Shown here piece by piece: positions 13,531 to 22,336 of a DNA stretch of 64,000 nt. A model generated the notes under the pieces. That model saw only the letters and a program-made list of their open reading frames with translations. It searched no databases and was not told the origin of the DNA. Source of the DNA: Eledone cirrhosa (taxonomy: Eukaryota); assembly GCA_964016885.1 (NCBI GenBank), contig OZ024752.1, positions 34,782,001-34,846,000 of the forward strand, given 5' to 3'. Made by a program: the position numbers and the translations under genes. Positions within the stretch are counted from its first letter, which is position 1; the number at the start of each line of letters is the position of its first letter.

Positions 13531-13533
<3 letters not shown>
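13161..13533 (-). mobile_element. Family D tailless arm with intact hammerhead (13203-13268)
   Basis: Reverse complement TATTTTGT-CTGATGA-AGGcATACCA..TGGTATcCCT-GAAA-TATGTA-TA-ATGAAATA. Confidence 0.75.
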
Positions 13534-13597
<64 letters not shown>

Positions 13598-13774
13598 TTA
13601 GTTTATTTCATTAATAGCTAACTTTGTCTGTTGCAATGCAAACACGTTTTGTGTTTATCATATATTTTAATGTATTTAACTGCTCGGAAATGCCCCTTTC
13701 CTGGAGCTGGTTTATTGTAAACGACTGAGAGTTTAATCTCAAATTATAATATAGTATATATATATATATATATA

Positions 13775-13965
13775 GCGAGGGAAAAGTGGTAAGGAACCAG
13801 GTGGACCATAACGCACCAAAGTACTCAATACTTAGGGTAGTAGAGTGGGTAATAGGAGTAAGTAAGACCCCGACGGCTGAGCCGTTTCGACGGCTAATTC
13901 TGTACTCAGAGTACCGAATTAGCCGTCGAAACGGCTTGAGCTCAGCCGTCGGGGTCTTACTTACT

Positions 13966-13970
<5 letters not shown>
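13775..13970. mobile_element. Fold-back Penelope-like insert, family B copy
   Basis: Arms 13852-13907 / 13909-13970 with a small deletion in the left arm. GTACTCAA lies at 13821 in the tail. Confidence 0.7.
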
Positions 13971-14045
<75 letters not shown>

Positions 14046-14401
14046 TACACACACATACATACAGTCAACTTTTCGCTCTCTTTTCTTCGCGCCGAATTTT
14101 GTTTTAATGATTTTGTTTTTGTATTTTTGTTTTTTTTTGTTTTTTAACCATATCATTATCATTATCCTTATTATTATTATTATTATTATTGACGAAAGTG
14201 GATGTACGTTTTTTGAAGCTCCGTGAGTAAGCAATTTTTTGAGGATTAATTGTAGAGAATTGTTTATTTTTTGTACCGCTGAAGCATTATAAGACATTAA
14301 TTTGTATCCTGTGAAGGAATAACTCATAATATTTGGGCCTTTTGGCCCAAATATTTGAACTTTATTTTGAAAAAAAATAATAATTTTTTTCTCAAAAAAA
14401 C

Positions 14402-16264
14402 ATGGCGGAGCCACGCCCCCTAGAGGCGGGTCTGCTGTCGTGCAACGGCGACTTGAGCGTTGAGAGGAGAGGTGAGGCGAGGAGCGCCACCAGCACGAAT
14501 GTGAGCAGCGACAGTGCCAGCACCAACGGGCCGAGCGGCGCGGAAGGTGGTAACAACGACAACACCAACACCAACAAGCCGAACAGCGCAGAAGGTGGTA
14601 ATAGCGAGAGCACCAACAAGGCCAACAGCACAGAAGGTAACCACGACACAGGGGAGAACAACAACAGCAATAGCAGCAGCAACACCAACAAGAACAACAA
14701 CAGTGACAACACCAACAAGAACACTTTCGCTGCTGTGGCAGCGGCTAAAAGGAGACCATGCTACAGCATCGACTTAACCAACAGAGAGGAAAAGTTGGCC
14801 CAGGCCTGGAAAATCATAAACCAAGAGCAGACCTGGGCAAACTTAACTGTCCCGGCAGAAGCCATTGAGGCAGTGGAAAAAAGAACGGTGCATTTCAGAT
14901 GCATCTCAGTAGAGACAAAGAGGGCAGCGATAATCGCCCAAGCTGACATAGAAGCCGCACTGAAATACATCAGAGAGGACACAGACTTCATAGAGAGGGG
15001 CAGGCAATACGGCACCGTTTCGGTGCTGTTCAAGTCTGAAGCCCTCGCTGTGAAGCATTCAATGACCCCTTGCAAAACCAGCAAGGTCATAATGTACCCC
15101 TCCCACATGGGAAAACGAATAGCACGTGTGCGCATTCCCAGGATTCCACCAGGACTTGATATGTGGTGGCTCCTGGGTTGCGTAATCGTGGAAGGAACGG
15201 ATACAGTCCCGGTAGAGGCAACGAGAACTGCCAGGGACGACTGGTCCGGGGTTGATCTGGAGATACTGCTCCAAATCAGACCCGAAAACGTAAAAACAAT
15301 CCCGGACCACATCCGCCTCCAAAACGGGAGGGTGTTGCATATAATGACTGAGGGCAAAAGGCCGCATTGTTTCCTTTGTGGGGAAACGACACACTTGCGA
15401 GCCTTCTGCCCTCAACTGCCGAAAAGCGCAAGGGGTCGAAAGATTCCACTGCTGGCGACGCCGGGACAAGGACCACCTGCAACACCGTCAACAATGGAAC
15501 CACCAAAATTGCACACCCAGGGGGGAAACGAGGAAAGCTCTCCCATTCCCCCTCCCCCCCAAAATACACACACGAACAAGAACATAAACACTCACTCAGA
15601 CACAAACACGCTCACAGCCACAGACCCCTCATCCTCCAGCAGTGAAGATGAGGGAAAACCAAAGTCCCCCAAAATACAAAAAACAAAACACAAAAAAAAA
15701 AGAAATCCACAAAGCACAAACACCCCCACAAAAAAAAATACACACACCACCCACACAAACATTTTCCCCACAGCATCACCAACACAACCACCAAAATCCC
15801 CCAAACGCAAACAAGCTAAACAGACACAAGAACAAATAGACACACAAACATCAGAAACTACAGACACCCCACCCACAACAAACGCAGACACAATAGAAAC
15901 AACACTAACAAAGCTATCACCACCACAATCACACGAACAAATAAAACCCGAGCAACAAAACATTAAAAACTTCGTGCTTGCCAGAAGGGCCAACAAGGAA
16001 TTGATGGCCCATGTAGCACGAAGCACAAACATCGAAAAAGACGGGGAAACATTTGAAGCGAGCACATTTCGCGTACCAGATAATTTGCTTCTGATGCGAA
16101 TGTCGCTCGCTTCATACAAAGAAATTCGAAAGAGCTTTCCTCGGGATGTGGGAACCCCGAACGTAAAACCCACGTCAAGACTATTAAAGGGGTTCCCAAA
16201 AGAAACCCCACAAACCATGGAGGTCGAACCACCCGACCTTCACAAGACCCCGGAAGGTAAGTAA
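14402..16264 (+). CDS. ORF1 gag-like nucleic-acid-binding protein (620 aa)
   Basis: CCHC knuckle CFLCGETTHLRAFC, TFAAV motif, RRM-like central region, and N/S- and T/P-rich linkers. Homologous to the other two ORF1s. Confidence 0.9.
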   Translation: MAEPRPLEAGLLSCNGDLSVERRGEARSATSTNVSSDSASTNGPSGAEGGNNDNTNTNKPNSAEGGNSESTNKANSTEGNHDTGENNNSNSSSNTNKNNNSDNTNKNTFAAVAAAKRRPCYSIDLTNREEKLAQAWKIINQEQTWANLTVPAEAIEAVEKRTVHFRCISVETKRAAIIAQADIEAALKYIREDTDFIERGRQYGTVSVLFKSEALAVKHSMTPCKTSKVIMYPSHMGKRIARVRIPRIPPGLDMWWLLGCVIVEGTDTVPVEATRTARDDWSGVDLEILLQIRPENVKTIPDHIRLQNGRVLHIMTEGKRPHCFLCGETTHLRAFCPQLPKSARGRKIPLLATPGQGPPATPSTMEPPKLHTQGGNEESSPIPPPPQNTHTNKNINTHSDTNTLTATDPSSSSSEDEGKPKSPKIQKTKHKKKRNPQSTNTPTKKNTHTTHTNIFPTASPTQPPKSPKRKQAKQTQEQIDTQTSETTDTPPTTNADTIETTLTKLSPPQSHEQIKPEQQNIKNFVLARRANKELMAHVARSTNIEKDGETFEASTFRVPDNLLLMRMSLASYKEIRKSFPRDVGTPNVKPTSRLLKGFPKETPQTMEVEPPDLHKTPEGK

Positions 16265-16293
16265 ACCTTTCCTCTCCCATTCATCCTGCCAGC

Positions 16294-19200
16294 ATGGCCA
16301 TAAGAGTAGGAAGTTTAAATGTTCGTGGCCTGGGGTCGCCCTGGAAGCAAGGTCACTTGCTCAACGACCTCAGGTCACTAGGAATGGATGTAATTGCCAT
16401 CAGCGAGACCAGAATTTCCGACACACGCGCACTGGCGCCGATTTTCGACGATTATCAGATCTTTGCATCTGTTAGTCGGCCGGGAATGGGAGGTGGAGTG
16501 GCTGTGCTGTTTAGGAAATGTCTGGATCTCGAGGTAAGGTCAATCTTCCGGGATCCTGACGGAAAGTTGGTGGTCCTGGACGTGAGCAATAGCGAAGGTG
16601 GTGCCTTTAGACTGGTGGCCGTCTACGCCCCTACTGGGGCCGGTCGGCCGGACTTCTTTAGGCGCCTGGAAAACTTTCTGCTTACGTCTCGCCCTTTACT
16701 GTTAATAGGGGATTGGAATGGCATCTTAGAAGCACGCTGGGATTGTGTGGGAGTATCTGATAGGAGCGGGGGGTGCAAAAGCCTCAAGTACCTGATCAGC
16801 CAGTTTCAACTGTCTGACAGGTACCGACTAGATTTCCCTAATGCGCCAGTATGGACCTGGACCAATCGCATAGGGTCATCTAGATCGTACATAGATAGGA
16901 TTTTCATTAGGAAAAGAGATAGAAATAGTGTAGGATGTCCACATTTTAAAACGGTTGCCTATTCAGATCACAAGCTTGTGATCTGTATGGTCGACCTAGA
17001 TAAGACACGTAGGTTAGGACCTAGCTACTGGAAGCTAAACATGTCGTTTCCGGCACGTAAAGCTTACAGGGACCGGGTCAACAACTTAGTTAAGCAAAAG
17101 TTGACAGGGGGGGTTGTCAACAACAGGTGGTGGGGGGCACTCAAAAGAGAGATTAGAGCAACCTCGATAGGATTTAGCAAAGAAGTAGCAATAGAGAAAA
17201 ATAGAAAGGAGGAGGGGCTGATAGCTAAGTTAGACGAGGCTATTTGTAGTGGCATTGCAACAGACGTGCTAGCGGCGAGAATGGCACTAGACCATTTCTT
17301 CAATGCGAAACACGAAGGTTGCATTGTCAGAGCTAAGGCGCGTGCTCTGAGGAACGAGGGAACCAAAGCTGCCCGATGGGCTCGCTTTGCAGAGACGCAG
17401 CGTGGAAATAAAACCACAATTCGGTCTTTGACGGATCGAGATGGACACGAACTGAGCGATTCCAAGCAGATGTGTGAGGCCTTTCGCCAGCACTTTGCTC
17501 GATTGTTCGGGAGGATGGGTGAGTCGGAGACGGCGGCGGACTTCAGTCCCTACCTCGACGGCTTGCCACGCCTCTCGACGGCCGACGCTGAGCGCTGCGA
17601 AGAGCCGATAACATCAGCCGAAATTCAGGACGCCCTTGTCGGCTGCTCGAGTCGCAAGTCACCCGGTTTGGATGGTCTGCCCTACGAGCTTTACGTAAAT
17701 ATGCCAGACTTGTTCTCCGATCTCCTCGAAGCGCTCTACTGCAACTGGCAGCAGAACGGGAGCATTCCCAGTTCTGTGAGCCGTGGCGTAGTGACGCTGA
17801 TAAGGAAAGACGAGAACAAGAGGGACACACTAGATAATTTCAGGCCCATAACCCTGCTCAACACAGAGTTTAAGATTTTGGCCAAGGTGTTAGCGAAAAG
17901 GTTGGCGCTTGTCGTCAAAGATTTGGTTGGGGAGGCGCAAACTTGCGCAATCCCGACCAGGTCCATACACGACAACCTCCACCTCATGCGATACATCATA
18001 GAGAGGGTTGGGTGCAAACCTGGCTTCGGTGGGGCTCTGATCAATTTAGATCAATCGAAAGCATTCGATAGGGTCGACCATCGGTACTTGGAGGCTGTCC
18101 TCGAGGCGGCTGGCTTCGGCCCCGTCTTCAGAAGCTGGATCGCTGCAATGTACAGCGGCATCCGCTCGGTGGTCAAAGTTAATGGCCACCTCTCGGAACC
18201 GTTTCAGATCTCTCGATCGGTCCGTCAAGGGTGCCCTCTCTCCTCACTTCTGTACGTATTGACTCTTGAGCCTCTACTGCGGAAGCTGGAGTTGTTGCAG
18301 GGCATCCCGCTCGAACCGGGACGTAGAAAGGCTGCGTCCGCTTATGCGGACGACATCACCGTGATGGTGTCGGACACCTCGGAAATCGAGGTGATCCGCA
18401 CCCATTTGGAGGAATATGAAAGGTTGACGGGAGCAAAACTTAACCCGGAAAAGTCGGTGGGCTTGCAGCTCGGCACCTGGAGAGGCAAGTCCATGCCGTC
18501 CAACAGCGTCGTTGGGCGCTGGACAGACGGACCGGTAAAGTTGCTCGGGGTTTGGTTCGGACCAGACCTCCAGGTGGATAAGAATTGGGACGAGGTGACG
18601 AGCAGGATAGCCAACCTCACCCAGAAATGGGCTGAGAGAAAGCTATCACTGAAAGGGCGGGCGGAGGTGGCGAACGCGTACATCGCGTCCGTCATCTACT
18701 ACCGCCTGACCGTCGTGCCTTGCCCCCGTCCACGCCTCGCCAATTTGGAACGGCTCCTTTTCAAATTTTTGTGGAGGGGACGGGTCCCGTTGGTGAGGCG
18801 GTCCATCTGCTGCCAGCACCCTCTTCGTGGAGGGCTGGGCATGCCGTGGCTAATGATGCGCAGACATGCGCTGAGGCTGCGACATCTCCAGATATTTTGC
18901 CTAAACGGTGAACAGGTGTGGTCGCCGTTTGTTAGACGGGCCTTTCCGCAGCTCATCTCTTTGACTGAGCTGCAGTCCTGGGTCAAGAAGAGACCGAGAC
19001 TGGGCGACTGGCATCTGGAATGTTGCCAGGCGCTCACTGCACTCTGCAAGGTGGGCAATGCGGTCAGTGGAACTTCCACTCAAGATTTCTATAGAGGATT
19101 AGTGGAGGGCAAGTGCGATGACGTACTAGGAGAGGCTCTGGGCGTCAACGAAGTAGAACTGACCAGTATGTTCCGGAGGACTTTCGAGCCGGGGACGATG

Positions 19201-19713
19201 GATAACTTCCAGAAATCCCTCGCTTGGCAGTGCTACCGGGGGGCGCTGCCGGTTCGGGATAAACTCTACAGGCACGGAAGTGCTGTCAGACGAACCTGCC
19301 CGAGATGCGCGCAGAGCGACGAAACCGTTCTGCACGCACTCGTCCAGTGTCCGTGCATTGCTGACTTGTGGGGTTATGTCGAACAGCTATTGTCGCGTGT
19401 AGAACGGATCCGGCTATCGTCCGAGTCCATAGTGAAGATTGACCCGCCGCCTTCTTTTGGTCAGGAAGGGCAGGCAATTTTCCTCTGCCTGGTGGCAGTA
19501 GCGAAAGAGGTTGCATGGTGGACCAGGTTGAAAGGACTGAAGACAGACACTTTTCTCTTCGGCCAATCCCTCATCAACTTCTTCAAGTTTCACTTGGAAA
19601 GGAAGGTGAGGGTGGAGAGAGAAGTGCTGCCCCCCAGTACATTTACTGAAAGGTGGGTGAATGTGGCGAGAATGGCCCGCGTGAGTGGGCCTACTCTGAT
19701 CATGCGCCTGTAG
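16294..19713 (+). CDS. ORF2 AP endonuclease / reverse transcriptase / zf-RVT (1139 aa)
   Basis: APE motifs SLNVRG, SET, VYAP, GDWN, IDR, SDH. RT motifs SPGLDG, RPITLLN, QGCPLS, YADD. C-terminal CPRC..ETVLHALVQC. Confidence 0.97.
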   Translation: MAIRVGSLNVRGLGSPWKQGHLLNDLRSLGMDVIAISETRISDTRALAPIFDDYQIFASVSRPGMGGGVAVLFRKCLDLEVRSIFRDPDGKLVVLDVSNSEGGAFRLVAVYAPTGAGRPDFFRRLENFLLTSRPLLLIGDWNGILEARWDCVGVSDRSGGCKSLKYLISQFQLSDRYRLDFPNAPVWTWTNRIGSSRSYIDRIFIRKRDRNSVGCPHFKTVAYSDHKLVICMVDLDKTRRLGPSYWKLNMSFPARKAYRDRVNNLVKQKLTGGVVNNRWWGALKREIRATSIGFSKEVAIEKNRKEEGLIAKLDEAICSGIATDVLAARMALDHFFNAKHEGCIVRAKARALRNEGTKAARWARFAETQRGNKTTIRSLTDRDGHELSDSKQMCEAFRQHFARLFGRMGESETAADFSPYLDGLPRLSTADAERCEEPITSAEIQDALVGCSSRKSPGLDGLPYELYVNMPDLFSDLLEALYCNWQQNGSIPSSVSRGVVTLIRKDENKRDTLDNFRPITLLNTEFKILAKVLAKRLALVVKDLVGEAQTCAIPTRSIHDNLHLMRYIIERVGCKPGFGGALINLDQSKAFDRVDHRYLEAVLEAAGFGPVFRSWIAAMYSGIRSVVKVNGHLSEPFQISRSVRQGCPLSSLLYVLTLEPLLRKLELLQGIPLEPGRRKAASAYADDITVMVSDTSEIEVIRTHLEEYERLTGAKLNPEKSVGLQLGTWRGKSMPSNSVVGRWTDGPVKLLGVWFGPDLQVDKNWDEVTSRIANLTQKWAERKLSLKGRAEVANAYIASVIYYRLTVVPCPRPRLANLERLLFKFLWRGRVPLVRRSICCQHPLRGGLGMPWLMMRRHALRLRHLQIFCLNGEQVWSPFVRRAFPQLISLTELQSWVKKRPRLGDWHLECCQALTALCKVGNAVSGTSTQDFYRGLVEGKCDDVLGEALGVNEVELTSMFRRTFEPGTMDNFQKSLAWQCYRGALPVRDKLYRHGSAVRRTCPRCAQSDETVLHALVQCPCIADLWGYVEQLLSRVERIRLSSESIVKIDPPPSFGQEGQAIFLCLVAVAKEVAWWTRLKGLKTDTFLFGQSLINFFKFHLERKVRVEREVLPPSTFTERWVNVARMARVSGPTLIMRL

Positions 19714-20198
19714 GCTGGTGAATTCGAGAAGGAGAGGGGTGCCCTTCCCGGGTGCCCTAGGAGCGTCGGGTGGCTCAGGACTGGTGGGGTGCTTGAGTCA
19801 ACCCTGGGTGGTGATCCCTCTTATTGGGGAACTTTCATTGTTGTATTTTTATTGTTATTTTGTTTTTTTTGTTATTTATACTTACTCGATCTCTATGTAA
19901 ACCCCCACTGTCCCTGTCTATTGTGTTGTCCCCTATATGTCGGCCCTTGTGGCCAATAAATGAAATCATTATTATTATTATTATTGAATGCCATGGTTGA
20001 CGGAGGCTCGGCTCTGTAAGGTATAGTAATTTTTAACCCTTAAAACAATTGTAAATTGTTTAAAACTTGAACCAAATTGTTGATAAAGACACCCTCCTCC
20101 TCGTGAGAGGGGTCTTTCTGTCCGTTATTTGGCCCTTCGGGGTTAAATAATCAGTTATTGGGGTTTTGTACCCAAAATTTCATTTTAAACAAAAAAAC

Positions 20199-22301
20199 AT
20201 GGCTACCAAAAAAAAAAAATTTCATACGTCACTCCCACTCATTCCGTCTTCTTCTTCCTCAATCATCACTACAGGAGAGAGAAGATTGTCTCTCTCCCTC
20301 CCTTCTTTAAATGTGTCTCTCTCCCTACCTTCTCTTTCGCAAGCGACGAAAGAAAAGAAAAGTCTCGTGCAAAGCGTGCAAGGTTTCTCCACGACGACGA
20401 CGACAGCGACGAAACAGGTGTGCGGGAAATACGAAAACCCAGTTCATTCGTCTGACGTCAGGAATAATAGCAGTAGCAGCCGTAATAACAACAGCAACAG
20501 TGACAATGAAAACAACAGTAGCAGCCGCAACAGCATCACCAGCAGCATAAACAACAACAGCATTAGCAGCAGCAACACCAACAACAACCACAGCAACAGC
20601 GGCGGAGGCAGTAGTCGTAGTACCTGCAGCAACAACAAAAGTACCAGCAGCTCTGACGACAACAACAACAGCAGAGAAAAACCAATCTCATTTGCAGGTA
20701 TTGCGAAAAACCTGGAAACAATCCTCATAACAAATGAGGAATTAGAGGAAGCGAAGAAGATGGTGACAAAGAACGGACACCGAGCAATCTGCAAGGCAGC
20801 GAAAAATTTTTTCGAAACCCAAGAGCACTGTACGGTCACGTACCGTACAGTAAGTACAAAATCCCGTAGGGTGGAAAGAGCCACAGAGGCCCAAATACAA
20901 AAAGCCTTGGGGTCTGTGTGGCAGAGGAAAACGCACATCACCCGAGGCAAAAAATACGCCACCGTAGACGTACTTTTTGCCACACCCCAGGAGGCAAAGG
21001 CCCAATCAGTAGTGACCCTAAGGAGCGAGGAAATGGTGTTGGTGCCCTCCTACTGCGGGCAAAAAATTGTGAGGGTCAAACTGACCCACGTCCCCCCCGG
21101 AATGACCCCTTCTTGGCTGGCCGCGTCTGTCCTCGTCGGAATCGAGGACAAAACAACTGTACTGCAAGTACAGAAAAAAAAAGTAAGAGAAGATTGGGTC
21201 GGCTCCTCCATTGAGATGCTAATCCAAACCAACCAGGAGTGCATCGAAGCTATCCCGGATGTGATAGACTTCGATAACGGCACTCAACTGCCCATAAGTG
21301 TTGAGGGCAAACGCCCGAAATGCTTTCGCTGTGGATCGAAGACTCACCTCAGGGCCTTCTGCAACGAGAAGACCCTGAGAAAGGAGAAAACCCCCCTCCT
21401 CCCGAATCCGGTTCCACGGCTACCAGCAACAGGACAAGCGGCAACCAGGAACGATAGGTCCGTGGCACCCATACCCACTCCACGGAAATCAAAGACAGCA
21501 GCAGCAGTGGAAATATTAACAACAACAACAGCAATACCAAATGCAGCTGCAACAGAGACTCCAGTGCAAACATCACCAACAACAACAAGTGAAAGAGTGG
21601 AGCTGGTACCCCTCCCCGACCTTACAGAATCAGACATGGAGTGTGAGGTGGGAGAGGGATGGCAAAAGGTCTCAAGAAGGCACAAACGCAGAAGCAGCGC
21701 ATCGTCGCCTTTGAAAAGGGAGGAAAGAAATGAGAAAAGGGTAAAGTCTACTGCAAAGAGACCCACAGCAGCAACACCACCAACACCATCACCACCCACA
21801 CCAGCACCACCATCACCACCGGCGACAACCCCACCGCCAACAACACCTTCAACACCACCACCACAAGCACCAACATCGCAAACACAACAACAAAACACAC
21901 ACACCCAGCAACAACGACAAGAAAATAGCAGAACCACACCCCACCCCCAGAAAAACAAATGCACGGCAATAAACACACACAACAAGAAACTAATGACTTA
22001 CATAATTGAACACACAGACATTTCACAACAGGACTACATAATACCAGCACCAATCAAAACGCCAACTAACATAAGACTGCTAAAAATAGCACAGAAACAA
22101 TACACAAACATTAAAACGAAATTTCCCAACGCAGTTGGTGATTTCAGGGACCTAGGAGGAACCATTAATCGAAGAGTATATTCAGACATTCTCTTAGAAG
22201 AGCCGACGACCAGCCGAAGGGACGATTCAACGGTCCCTTCACCAGACGATCAAGTGAAAAGGGATGTAAAAACCATCCCTCCTCTACCAAAAATACGGTA
22301 A
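20199..22301 (+). CDS. ORF1 gag-like protein (first ATG at 20199)
   Basis: CCHC CFRCGSKTHLRAFC and SFAGIA motif. Same architecture as element A ORF1. Confidence 0.88.
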   Translation: MATKKKKFHTSLPLIPSSSSSIITTGERRLSLSLPSLNVSLSLPSLSQATKEKKSLVQSVQGFSTTTTTATKQVCGKYENPVHSSDVRNNSSSSRNNNSNSDNENNSSSRNSITSSINNNSISSSNTNNNHSNSGGGSSRSTCSNNKSTSSSDDNNNSREKPISFAGIAKNLETILITNEELEEAKKMVTKNGHRAICKAAKNFFETQEHCTVTYRTVSTKSRRVERATEAQIQKALGSVWQRKTHITRGKKYATVDVLFATPQEAKAQSVVTLRSEEMVLVPSYCGQKIVRVKLTHVPPGMTPSWLAASVLVGIEDKTTVLQVQKKKVREDWVGSSIEMLIQTNQECIEAIPDVIDFDNGTQLPISVEGKRPKCFRCGSKTHLRAFCNEKTLRKEKTPLLPNPVPRLPATGQAATRNDRSVAPIPTPRKSKTAAAVEILTTTTAIPNAAATETPVQTSPTTTSERVELVPLPDLTESDMECEVGEGWQKVSRRHKRRSSASSPLKREERNEKRVKSTAKRPTAATPPTPSPPTPAPPSPPATTPPPTTPSTPPPQAPTSQTQQQNTHTQQQRQENSRTTPHPQKNKCTAINTHNKKLMTYIIEHTDISQQDYIIPAPIKTPTNIRLLKIAQKQYTNIKTKFPNAVGDFRDLGGTINRRVYSDILLEEPTTSRRDDSTVPSPDDQVKRDVKTIPPLPKIR

Positions 22302-22336
22302 GTGGTCTTTCCCATCTTTTCCACTCTATTTTAAAC

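Larger units (their letters stand above)
14191..19985 (+). mobile_element. Full-length intact Tx1-clade (L1 superfamily) non-LTR retrotransposon A, in (ATT)n
   Basis: 5'UTR, ORF1, ORF2 and a 3'UTR ending in AATAAATGAAATC(ATT)6. It is preceded by (ATT)n. Confidence 0.93.
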
